A stretch of DNA of 64,000 bases from Longimicrobiales bacterium (GTDB lineage: Bacteria; Gemmatimonadota; Gemmatimonadetes; Longimicrobiales; Gaopeijiaceae). The position numbers were made by a program, and so were the translations under genes. The notes beneath the pieces were generated by a model, which saw only the letters and a list, made by a program, of their open reading frames with translations, did not search any database and was not told the origin of the DNA. Positions within the stretch are counted from its first letter, which is position 1. Each line of letters opens with the position of its first letter. The stretch is taken from contig OZ241892.1 of the NCBI GenBank assembly GCA_965203485.1, positions 1,984,001 through 2,048,000 of the forward strand, read 5' to 3'. This document shows positions 9,727 to 18,441 of this stretch, one piece after another.

Positions 9727-11148
9727 ATGACGATCCTGACTCGCCACCTGATCCGGTCGCTTCTCGGGCCGTTTCTCTTCGCGCTCGTGCTCCTGACCGG
9801 GCTCCTGTTCGTCGAAGCCCTGTCCCGCTACTTGGAGGAATTCTCCGGCAAGGGACTGCCCGCCGGCGTCATCGCCGAGACGATCCTGCTGATCCTGCCG
9901 CACACGATCGCCATCACCCTGCCGGCGGCCGTGCTCGTGGCCGTCCTCTACGCCTACACGGACCTGGCCGCGTCGGGCGAGATCGTGGCCATGGCGGGCA
10001 GCGGCGTAAAGCCCCGCGCGATGCTCCTCCCGGCGCTCGGCTTCGGCGCGGTGGTGGCCGTCTCGACGTACGCGTTCAACGACATCGTCCTCCCGGAGAC
10101 CAACCACCGGCTCGCCGCCGTGCGCAACTCGATCTTTCAGAAGAGCCCGACCTTTCGCCTGCGCCCGAAGGTCTTCAACCGGATCGACCCCGAAGCGGCC
10201 CGCGGGCCTTACTTCCTGCGCGCCGACTCCATCGATCCCGTCTCCAACCGGCTCGAAGGCATCGTCATTCACGATCTGAGCCGCCCGCCGGCGCGCGGCA
10301 CCATCTACGCGGCGCGGGGCGAGATGGCCCTGACCGCCGAGTTCACGGACCTGCAGCTGCGGTTGCACGACGGCGAGGCATACGAGGTCGACGGGCGCGC
10401 GCCTCAAACGCTCCAGCACACCGAATTCGACGACAGGCTCTACGTGCTCCGCAACGTGGGCGACGTGCTGCAGGCCACGGAGGGCGCCCGCCGCAGCGAC
10501 CGGGAGATGTCGGCCGCCCAGCTCCGCGGAGCCGTCGCCGAGACCCGGGAGCGTCTGGCCGCGATGCGCGCGGAGGCGAAGGAACTGTCGCGCTCGACGG
10601 TCGAGGAGGCTCTGGGCGCCGGACCGGCCGCGGACTCGCTGCGGGCGCTCGCGGAGGCCCGCGCCCGGGAAGGCGACGTGGGAATCGCCTTCGGATACGA
10701 CGCGCTCACGAGACGAACTGTCGAGGCGTCCCAGTCGCACAAGGCCACGGCCGAGTTCCTCGAAGGACGCGCGAGCCGCTACGGCGTCGAGATCCACAAG
10801 AAGCTCGTGCTCGCGACCGGGTGCATCGTGTTCGTGCTGATCGGCGTGCCGCTGGGAATGCGCTTTCCGCTCGGCGGGGTGGGCATGGTGATCCTCGTCT
10901 CGACAGGGGTCTTCTCCGCGTACAGAATCGGCCTCAACAACGGCGAGGACCTCGCCGACCGCGGGCTGGCAAGCCCGTTCTGGGCGATGTGGACGACGAG
11001 CATCGTCTTCTTGGCGCTGGGGACGTTCATGGTCGCTCGCATCAGCCGGTGGGTGGACGCGGGCCGCAGCGGGACGCTGGCCAGTCTGCGAGACGTCGGC
11101 GGCAGAGCGCTCGCGCTGCTGGTCGGCCGGGCGCGCGCGGCCAAGTGA
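9727..11148 (+). CDS. lptF: LptF/LptG family LPS export permease
   Basis: MTILTRHLIRSLLGPF, SGEIVAMAGSGV, RYGVEIHKK. Six-TM layout. Confidence 0.85.
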   Translation: MTILTRHLIRSLLGPFLFALVLLTGLLFVEALSRYLEEFSGKGLPAGVIAETILLILPHTIAITLPAAVLVAVLYAYTDLAASGEIVAMAGSGVKPRAMLLPALGFGAVVAVSTYAFNDIVLPETNHRLAAVRNSIFQKSPTFRLRPKVFNRIDPEAARGPYFLRADSIDPVSNRLEGIVIHDLSRPPARGTIYAARGEMALTAEFTDLQLRLHDGEAYEVDGRAPQTLQHTEFDDRLYVLRNVGDVLQATEGARRSDREMSAAQLRGAVAETRERLAAMRAEAKELSRSTVEEALGAGPAADSLRALAEARAREGDVGIAFGYDALTRRTVEASQSHKATAEFLEGRASRYGVEIHKKLVLATGCIVFVLIGVPLGMRFPLGGVGMVILVSTGVFSAYRIGLNNGEDLADRGLASPFWAMWTTSIVFLALGTFMVARISRWVDAGRSGTLASLRDVGGRALALLVGRARAAK

Positions 11149-12215
11149 CCTGGACCCTCGACAAGCTGGTCGGCCAGGCCTTCCTGGGGATATTCGTCCG
11201 GTTCATAATCGGCGTTCCGGTGCTGATCAGCATCATCAACATGTCGGACAACCTCAATTACCACCTGGACCGCGACGTTCCGATGCTGGACATCTTCCTG
11301 GGGTACGTCTACACCTACCCGCAACACATGGTCTTCGCGTTTCCGATCGCCGCCTTGGTCGCCTCGGTGTTCACCGTCCATTCGATGACCGTGCACCGCG
11401 AGATCATCGCCGCGAAAGGGGGGGGCGTCTCGTTCCACCGGCTCTTCGCCCCGCTCTGGGTCCTGGGCATCGCACTGACGGGCGCGGCGTTCTACCTGGA
11501 CCAGATCACGCCTGCCGCCAACCGCAGGACGGCGGAACTCCACAAGGAGCGCGAGATGCGCCGCGACTGGCGCACCAACTTCGTCTTCGAGACCGAGGAC
11601 GGCGACCGGCTGACGGCCGACCGCCTGACGGCGGACCTGGGCATCGTGGACGGCGTGCTCGTCGAGAGCCGCGACCCGGACGGATCGCTGCGCCACGTCT
11701 GGGCCAGCCAAGCTGTGTACGAGGGGCCGGACGCCGGCTGGACGTTCAACGACGGGCACCTTCGCGTGATCGCTCCGGACGGCGGCGAAGAATCCTACCG
11801 GTTCGCCCGGCAGCGCCGGACGACGCTGGCGGTCACGCCCGACGAAATGCTGGAGGAGCCGCCCGAAGAGGACGAAATGACCTACGCCGAGCTGGGACGC
11901 AGGGCGGAGGCCGTGATCCGCTCCGGCGGCGACGCCCGCAAGATCCTGGTCAGGCGAGAGCAGAAGCGGGCGTTGGCGGCCGCGACCTTCGTGGTCGTGC
12001 TGCTGGGCATCCCGCTCGCCACCACCTCGCGCAAGGGCGGCGCATCGTTCGGAATCAGCGTGTCGCTGTGCACGACCATGGCGTACTACCTGCTGCTCAA
12101 CCTCTCGGGGGCGGCGGGCGAAGCAGGCGCGCTGTCGCCCTGGTGGGCCGCCTGGAGTCCCAACCTCTTCTTCTTCGCGACGGCCGCGACGCTGGCCGCG
12201 CGGGTGCGCACCTGA
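11145..12215 (+). CDS. lptG: LptF/LptG family LPS export permease
   Basis: GTG overlaps the lptF stop. TLDKLVG, REIIAAKGGGVS, AAWSPNLFF. Confidence 0.85.
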   Translation: MTWTLDKLVGQAFLGIFVRFIIGVPVLISIINMSDNLNYHLDRDVPMLDIFLGYVYTYPQHMVFAFPIAALVASVFTVHSMTVHREIIAAKGGGVSFHRLFAPLWVLGIALTGAAFYLDQITPAANRRTAELHKEREMRRDWRTNFVFETEDGDRLTADRLTADLGIVDGVLVESRDPDGSLRHVWASQAVYEGPDAGWTFNDGHLRVIAPDGGEESYRFARQRRTTLAVTPDEMLEEPPEEDEMTYAELGRRAEAVIRSGGDARKILVRREQKRALAAATFVVVLLGIPLATTSRKGGASFGISVSLCTTMAYYLLLNLSGAAGEAGALSPWWAAWSPNLFFFATAATLAARVRT

Positions 12216-12454
12216 GGGCTCGGCTAGCGGGACGCTCGGCCGTCGCGGTCAAGGACGGGTCGCCGGAATCGGCGTAGGCGGCAGGGCGACCCGGTCTGTT
12301 CGCATGGCCGCCAACCGCGAAGTGCGCCCTTGCGACGAGGTTGCCGGACCGGCGCCCGCCACCTCAACCAGCGTGATATCATGATACTATCGCTCCTGCG
12401 GACTGCCTCGCGGGCGCAAGCGACCGGCGCGGATTGCGGATCCCGGCTCGTGGG

Positions 12455-13432
12455 CTAATCCTGCCCGGCCACGGCGCGGTCCTCCGGCGAGGCGGCCAGC
12501 ACGCCCGCCAGCTCGCCCGTGCACGCCACCTCGACCGGGCCCCGCAACCGGACGGCGCGGCCGGGCATCCAGTCCACCTCCATCGGCCCGCCCGGCATCG
12601 CGACCCTGCACCGCCCCGGCTCGATCAAGCCTGCCCGCGCCGCCGCCGCCGCCGCCGCGCATGCCGAAGTGCCCGACGAATCCGTCCGGCCCACGCCCCT
12701 CTCCCAGATCCGGATCGCCAGCTCCCCGTCCGCTGCCACCGTCGCGAACTGCACGTTCGCCCCTTCAGGAAACGCTTCGTGCGCCGAGACCAGCGGGCCG
12801 ATCCGTGCCACATCCTCGTCGGACCACGAGTCCCCGAAGAGCACCGCGTGCGGGTTGCCCACCGATACCGGCGCCGCAACCACGCGGTCCCGGCCCGCCC
12901 CCGCCGCCAACGGCAGCGTCGCCCGCCCGCGCTCGTCCACCCAACCCGGCGCCACGAACGGCGGCCCGGCGGGAAACTCCACCAGCCCCATCTCCACCCG
13001 CACGTCCCACGCTCCCCCCAACCCCGGCCCCCGAACGTCCAGCTCGGCCGGTCCCGCCGCCGTCTCCACGGCGAACGGGCTCTTGCCGGCGCGACCCGTC
13101 CGCCGCAAGTGCACTCCCGCGACGCGCAGCCCGTTGCCGCTGCGCTCGAACTCTCCGCCGTCCGGATTGAACATGCGCAACAGCCGCGGCCGGTCCGCCC
13201 GCTCGGCGCACGCCACCACGATGCCGTCGGCTCCAACCCCGCGCCGCCGGTCGCATATCCGCCGCGCGAGCCCGGCGCTCAGCGTCGGCCCGGCCCCCTC
13301 GTCGAACACCAGGTAGTCGTTCCCCTGCCCGTGCGCCTTGAGGAAGCGAGGCGCGACGCGCGGAGGCGGCGGAGGCGAAAGCGCGCTCGCCGCGCCCGGT
13401 CCGAGCGGGAGCGAGGCTCGCCTTGGCTCCAT
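12455..13432 (-). CDS. dapF: Diaminopimelate epimerase-family protein, Ser/Ser active-site variant
   Basis: FLKAHGQGNDY, GVGADG, FNPDG..ERSGNG, VGNPHAV, FPEGANVQF, IWERGVGRTDSSGTS. Start uncertain. Confidence 0.85.
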   Translation of the reverse strand: MEPRRASLPLGPGAASALSPPPPPRVAPRFLKAHGQGNDYLVFDEGAGPTLSAGLARRICDRRRGVGADGIVVACAERADRPRLLRMFNPDGGEFERSGNGLRVAGVHLRRTGRAGKSPFAVETAAGPAELDVRGPGLGGAWDVRVEMGLVEFPAGPPFVAPGWVDERGRATLPLAAGAGRDRVVAAPVSVGNPHAVLFGDSWSDEDVARIGPLVSAHEAFPEGANVQFATVAADGELAIRIWERGVGRTDSSGTSACAAAAAAARAGLIEPGRCRVAMPGGPMEVDWMPGRAVRLRGPVEVACTGELAGVLAASPEDRAVAGQD

Positions 13433-13631
13433 CGCGTCCGTCGCCCGCTTCGGCGCTCTCATCGCGCTCGTCCTCGCAGGGGGGAGGCCCGCCGCAACGC
13501 CCTCCGCAACTTTCGGGAGCGCTTTCTCGTCCAATCATAAGTCGGCCGAGCGGGCACGTTCGGGCCGGCGCTCTTCAGACGCAAAGAAAACGGGCGGCTC
13601 CGGGGGAGTCGACGCACAACGGGAGGCGGGG

Positions 13632-16331
13632 ATGGGCGGACGGGCATGGAGGCGGGACTTGGTGCGGGCGGGCGTCGCGGCGGCGGCGGCCTTGGCGGCG
13701 ACGGCGCTTCTGCCGACGCTGGGGGATGCGGGAACCGTCGGGGCGCAGGAGGCCGAGGGCGCCGGCGCGGAGACGAATTCGGGCGGCGGGCGGGCGGCCC
13801 CCAGCCTCGAAGCGCGACCGCTGGCCGACGGCGCGCCCACGATCGACGGCATGCTGGACGAGGCGGACTGGGGGGCGGCGATGGTGGCGCGCGACTTCGT
13901 CGTGTTCGAGCCGAACGAAGGCGAGCCGGCGTCGCAGAGGACGGAGGCGCGCGTGCTCTACGGGACCGACGCGATCTACGTGGGCATCCGCGCCTTCGAC
14001 GAAGCGCCGGATTCGATCGTCTCGCGCTTGGCGCGCCGCGACGAGCGTCCGCACTCCGACTGGCTGGACGTCGCCATCGACAGCTATCACGACCGCCGCA
14101 CCGCATTCGGGTTCTCGGTCAACCCGGCGGGCGTCAAGGTGGACGTGTACTACTTCGACGACACCAACGAAGACACGTCGTGGGACGCCGTTTGGGACGT
14201 GGCCACGAAGATCGACTCCCTTGGGTGGACGGCGGAGTTCCGCATCCCCTATTCGCAGCTTCGCTTCAACGGGGCGGCCCGCCAGACGTGGGGAATCAAC
14301 TTCGCGCGGGTCGTCGCCCGGCACCTGGAGCAGAGCCTCTGGGCGCCGATCTCGCGCGGGGACGGCGCCTTGGTGTCGCGCTTCGGGCTGCTGAAGGGGT
14401 TGCGCGACCTGTCGCCGCCAAGACGCCTGGAGATGGTTCCCTATTCGCTCATGCGCCTGGAGAGCCTGCCCGGCGCAGCCGCGGATCCCTTCCACGACCC
14501 GCGCGACTTCTCCTACGCCGTGGGCGGCGACGTCAAGTACGGCCTCACCACCGACCTCACGCTGGACCTGACCATCAACCCCGACTTCGGCCAGGTGGAG
14601 GCCGACCCCGCCGAGGTCAACCTGACCGCGTTCGAGTCCTACTTCTCCGAGCGGCGGCCGTTCTTCGTGGAGGGAGCGAACATCTTCTCGTTCCGGTTCT
14701 CGCCGGGAGACGGCGACGGAGCGAGCGAGAACCTCTTCTATTCCCGGCGGATCGGACGCGCGCCCCGCGGGACGGTGTCGCCGGGGCTCTACTCGGACGC
14801 GCCGGACCGCACGCGCATCGCCGGAGCGCTCAAGCTGTCGGGCAAGACGCGGGCCGGATGGTCCGTGGGGCTCCTGCACGCGCTGACGACCAGCGAAGAG
14901 GCCTTGCGCGCGGACGGAACGCGCATGCTGGACGCGCAGGTCGTCGAGCCCCTGGCGCACTACGGCGTAGGACGCCTCAGCAAGGACTTTCGGGGCGGCA
15001 AAAGCTCGCTCGGCGTGATCTCGACCTGGACCGCGCGCGACGAGGCCGCCGCCGCCGAGCTGGCGCTGCACCAGGGCGCGTACGCCGCGGGAATGGACGC
15101 CCGCCACCGCTTCGGCGACGACCGCTTCGTGGTCTCGGGCTACCTCATCGGCACGACGGTGCGCGGCTCCGAAGAGGCCATCGCCCGAACTCAGCGGGCC
15201 CCTGCCCGCTACTACCAGCGGCCCGACGCCGGCCACACCGAGTTCGACGCCGGGCGCACGTCGCTCAACGGCTGGGCCGGGTCGGCGACGTTCGCCAAGA
15301 TCGCGGGAGGCTACTGGCGCTACGCCGCCGGGGTCATGGCCCGCTCGCCCGGCTTCGAAGCCAACGACGCCGGGTTCATGCGCGAAGCCGACTTCGCGAG
15401 CCCATGGGTCTGGGCGGCCTACAACCGCTACAAGCCGAGCGAACGCTTCCAGCGCTGGAACGTGAACCTGAACGGCTGGAGCTCGTACAGCTTCGGCGGA
15501 GAACGCTACTCGACCGGCGCCAACGTGAACGGCAACTTCACGCTCAGCAACTTCTGGGGCGGCTACCTGGGCGTGAACCACAACACGGAAGGACTGAGCA
15601 ACACCACGTTGCGCGGGGGGCCGATGTTCCTGCGCGACGCCGCCTGGAACGGGTGGGGAGGGTTCTGGTCCGACTCGCGCAAGCCGCTCAGGGTCAACGT
15701 CGGCGGCAACTGGTCGGCCAGGCCGGAGAGCGGCTCCTGGGGATGGGGAGCCGACGCCAGCCTTCACTGGCGCCCGTCGTCGAGCGTCACGGTGTCGGCG
15801 GGGCCCTTCGTGCAAGTCCGATCCGAGGACCTGCAGTGGGTCAGGCGCTTCCAGGGCGACGCGCCGCTGTACGTGTTCGGCGAGCTGAGGCAGACGACGG
15901 CCGGCGCCACGACCCGCGCTTCGTGGACATTCTCGCCGACGCTGTCGTTGCAGGTCTACGCGGAGCCGTTCGTCTCGGCGGGAAGGTACGGAGAGTTCAA
16001 GCGGATCGTGGACCCGCGCGCCGAAGCCTACGCGGATCGCTACGCGGCAGTGGGGACGCTCGCCGTCCGCGACGGCCGGGTCGAAGCCGACGTCGACGGA
16101 GACGGCTCGCCCGATTCGTTCCGCAACCCCGACTTCAGCGTCAAGCAGTTCCGGTCCAACGTGGTGCTGCGCTGGGAGTACCAGCCCGGTTCGGCGCTGT
16201 TCCTGGCGTGGTCGCAGGGACGCGACCACTACGCGCAGACCGGCGCCGTCTCCTTCGGCGACGTGGGCACGCTGTTCGGCGAACCCAGCGAGGACGTGTT
16301 CATGGCGAAGCTGAGCTACTGGATCGGGTAG
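13632..16331 (+). CDS. DUF5916 / CBM9-like domain outer-membrane protein
   Basis: Signal peptide, PTIDGMLDEADW, WTAEFRIPYSQLRF, LDLTINPDFGQVEADP, FSERRPFFVEG, C-terminal KLSYW. Confidence 0.85.
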   Translation: MGGRAWRRDLVRAGVAAAAALAATALLPTLGDAGTVGAQEAEGAGAETNSGGGRAAPSLEARPLADGAPTIDGMLDEADWGAAMVARDFVVFEPNEGEPASQRTEARVLYGTDAIYVGIRAFDEAPDSIVSRLARRDERPHSDWLDVAIDSYHDRRTAFGFSVNPAGVKVDVYYFDDTNEDTSWDAVWDVATKIDSLGWTAEFRIPYSQLRFNGAARQTWGINFARVVARHLEQSLWAPISRGDGALVSRFGLLKGLRDLSPPRRLEMVPYSLMRLESLPGAAADPFHDPRDFSYAVGGDVKYGLTTDLTLDLTINPDFGQVEADPAEVNLTAFESYFSERRPFFVEGANIFSFRFSPGDGDGASENLFYSRRIGRAPRGTVSPGLYSDAPDRTRIAGALKLSGKTRAGWSVGLLHALTTSEEALRADGTRMLDAQVVEPLAHYGVGRLSKDFRGGKSSLGVISTWTARDEAAAAELALHQGAYAAGMDARHRFGDDRFVVSGYLIGTTVRGSEEAIARTQRAPARYYQRPDAGHTEFDAGRTSLNGWAGSATFAKIAGGYWRYAAGVMARSPGFEANDAGFMREADFASPWVWAAYNRYKPSERFQRWNVNLNGWSSYSFGGERYSTGANVNGNFTLSNFWGGYLGVNHNTEGLSNTTLRGGPMFLRDAAWNGWGGFWSDSRKPLRVNVGGNWSARPESGSWGWGADASLHWRPSSSVTVSAGPFVQVRSEDLQWVRRFQGDAPLYVFGELRQTTAGATTRASWTFSPTLSLQVYAEPFVSAGRYGEFKRIVDPRAEAYADRYAAVGTLAVRDGRVEADVDGDGSPDSFRNPDFSVKQFRSNVVLRWEYQPGSALFLAWSQGRDHYAQTGAVSFGDVGTLFGEPSEDVFMAKLSYWIG

Positions 16332-16360
16332 GAGCCGCCGCGGGCGCCGCCGAGATATGT

Positions 16361-17869
16361 TTGGTGCGCCGCCCGGCTCCCGGCTCACGCGCCCCGACGC
16401 GCCCCGCAACTGAGGCCGCCACGTCCGCTCCCCCACCCCGCTTTCTCGCGTTCGTCAAGGACGATTGCGAGACATGCCACTTGGCGGCGCCGGCGCTGCG
16501 AGCCCTTGCGGCGGCAGGCCTCGACGTCGCCGTCCATTGGCAGGACGACGGCACGTTCCTGGGCGACGGGGTCGTCGCGCTCGACGACCGCGAGCTCGAG
16601 CACGCGTTTCGCCACGGCGTCGAGACGGTGCCGACGCTGGTCCGCATCGAGGGCGGAGCCGAGACCGGTCGAGCCGTCGGGTGGCACAAGGGGGAATGGC
16701 GCATCCTGAGCGGCATCGAGACCCTCGGCTCCGGCCTGCCCGAGAGCCGGCCCGGATGCGGGTCGCGCTCGGCGGAGCCGCGTGTGCGCGAGGCGTTGCG
16801 GGTACGGTTCGGCGAGACCGGAATCCGAGCCCGCCGGCTGGCGGCGGGACGGTACGACGATCCGGCCGAGATCTGCTACGAGCGCGGCTGGACCGACGGA
16901 TTGCCGGTGGTGCCGCCGACGCCCGAGCGCATCTTGCGCATGCTCGCGGGCACGCGCCGAAGCCCCGCCGACGTGATCGGGCCGATTCCGCCGGCGCTCG
17001 CGCCGTGCACCGTCGAGAAGGCCGCGATCAACGCCGTGATGGCAGGTTGCCTGCCCGAGTACCTTCCGCTCGTGATCGGTGCGCTCGAGGCCGCGCTGGA
17101 CCCCCGCTTCACGTTGCACGGCGTCACCTGCAGCACCTGCTTCTCGAGTCCCGTGATCGTCGTCAACGGCCCCGTGGCCCGGCGCATCGGCATGAACGCC
17201 GGGCTGAACGCGCTCGGCCAAGGCAACCGCGCCAACGCAACGATCGGGCGCGCCCTGAACCTGATCGTGCGCAACGTGGGCGGCGGCCGGCCGGGCGAAA
17301 TCGACCGCGCGACGCTGGGCGGGCCGGGAAAGTACACGTTCTGCTTCGCCGAGGACGAATCCGATCCCGCCTGGGAGCCGCTGGCCGTCTCGCGGGGCAT
17401 CGCCCCGGGGCGCAGCGCGGTCACGCTGTTCGCCGGCGACGGCGTCCAAGGCGTGACCGACCGCAAGGCGCGCACGCCGCAGGAACTCACGCGCTCCCTG
17501 GCCATGGCGCTTCAGGCGGCCGGCCACCCCAAGCTGTGCCGCTGGGCCGCCGCCCTGCTGGTCATGGCCCCGGAGCACTACGGCGTCTACCGCCGGGCCG
17601 GTTGGGACCGGACGCGCATCGCGAACGCGCTTCACGAAGCCACGGGACGGCCTCTGGACGACGTCGTCCAGGGCGCGCACGGGGTCGCCGAGGGCGTCGA
17701 TCCCGCCGCTGGCGGCGAACGCCGCCTGGTGCCCAAGTTCCGCAAGGACGCCCTCGTGCTGGTCCGCGCCGGGGGCGACGCCGGCGCCTACTCCGCCGTC
17801 CTCGCCGGCTGGCCCGGCGGCGGCTCCGGCGAGGGATCCCACTCCGTGACAAGAGAGATCGACGCATGA
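16361..17869 (+). CDS. Thioredoxin-like (CxxC) domain fused to a conserved uncharacterised domain; partner of the UGSC protein
   Basis: FVKDDCETC, VETVPTL, RPGCGS, GWTDGLPVVPPT, AINAVMAGC, GNRANATIGRA. Start approximate (TTG/GTG). Confidence 0.75.
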   Translation: MVRRPAPGSRAPTRPATEAATSAPPPRFLAFVKDDCETCHLAAPALRALAAAGLDVAVHWQDDGTFLGDGVVALDDRELEHAFRHGVETVPTLVRIEGGAETGRAVGWHKGEWRILSGIETLGSGLPESRPGCGSRSAEPRVREALRVRFGETGIRARRLAAGRYDDPAEICYERGWTDGLPVVPPTPERILRMLAGTRRSPADVIGPIPPALAPCTVEKAAINAVMAGCLPEYLPLVIGALEAALDPRFTLHGVTCSTCFSSPVIVVNGPVARRIGMNAGLNALGQGNRANATIGRALNLIVRNVGGGRPGEIDRATLGGPGKYTFCFAEDESDPAWEPLAVSRGIAPGRSAVTLFAGDGVQGVTDRKARTPQELTRSLAMALQAAGHPKLCRWAAALLVMAPEHYGVYRRAGWDRTRIANALHEATGRPLDDVVQGAHGVAEGVDPAAGGERRLVPKFRKDALVLVRAGGDAGAYSAVLAGWPGGGSGEGSHSVTREIDA

Positions 17870-18441
17870 ACCGCACCCCCGTCACCCTCCACGACCCCAC
17901 GAACGAAACGGCCGCGGCGATCAGCCCCCGGCTGGCGCCGCCTTCGTCCCTCGACGGCAAGACCGTGGCCCTCTTCGACATCGGCAAGTCGCGCGCCGGC
18001 GAGTTCCTCGACTGCCTGGAGTCGGCGCTCGGCGGCCGAGGCGTGCGCACGCGCCGCTTCGCGAAGCCGACCAACGCGCGGCCCGCAACGCCGACCGTCC
18101 TCGCCGACATCGCCGAGAACGCCCACGTCGTCGTGGAGGCGCTCGCCGACTGAGGGTCGTGCACATCATGCGGTCTGCATGACATCAAGGCTCTGGACGA
18201 CCGCGGCCTGCCCGGCGTGCTGGTCGCGACCGAGCGCTTTCGCGACGCCGCCCGCCACCAAGCCCGCGCGCTGGGCTTCGAGCCGGCCGTCGTGTGGGTC
18301 GCCCACCCCATCCAGAACCGCACGCCGGCGGAGCTGGAACGTCTCGCGCGCGAGACGGCGGCCCCCGTGCTCGCCGCGCTGGGCGGGGCGCCGCCCAGCC
18401 CCCGCCAGCCAAGCCGGCCTACGCGACCGCAAACGCGATGA
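17866..18441 (+). CDS. UGSC-family selenoprotein (in-frame UGA at 18151-18153 read as Sec)
   Basis: ...VVEALAD-U-GSCTSCGLHD... The frame continues to 18441 and a SECIS-like hairpin follows the UGA. Confidence 0.85.
18166..18182 (+). promoter_or_regulatory. Bacterial SECIS-like hairpin
   Basis: TCATGC-GGTCT-GCATGA, 12 nt after the UGA. The GGUCU apex resembles the E. coli fdhF SECIS. Confidence 0.75.

Noticed and set aside
13646..17869. Apparent 1407-aa protein
   Set aside because: The first roughly 900 codons shadow the DUF5916 gene. Real coding starts near 16361.
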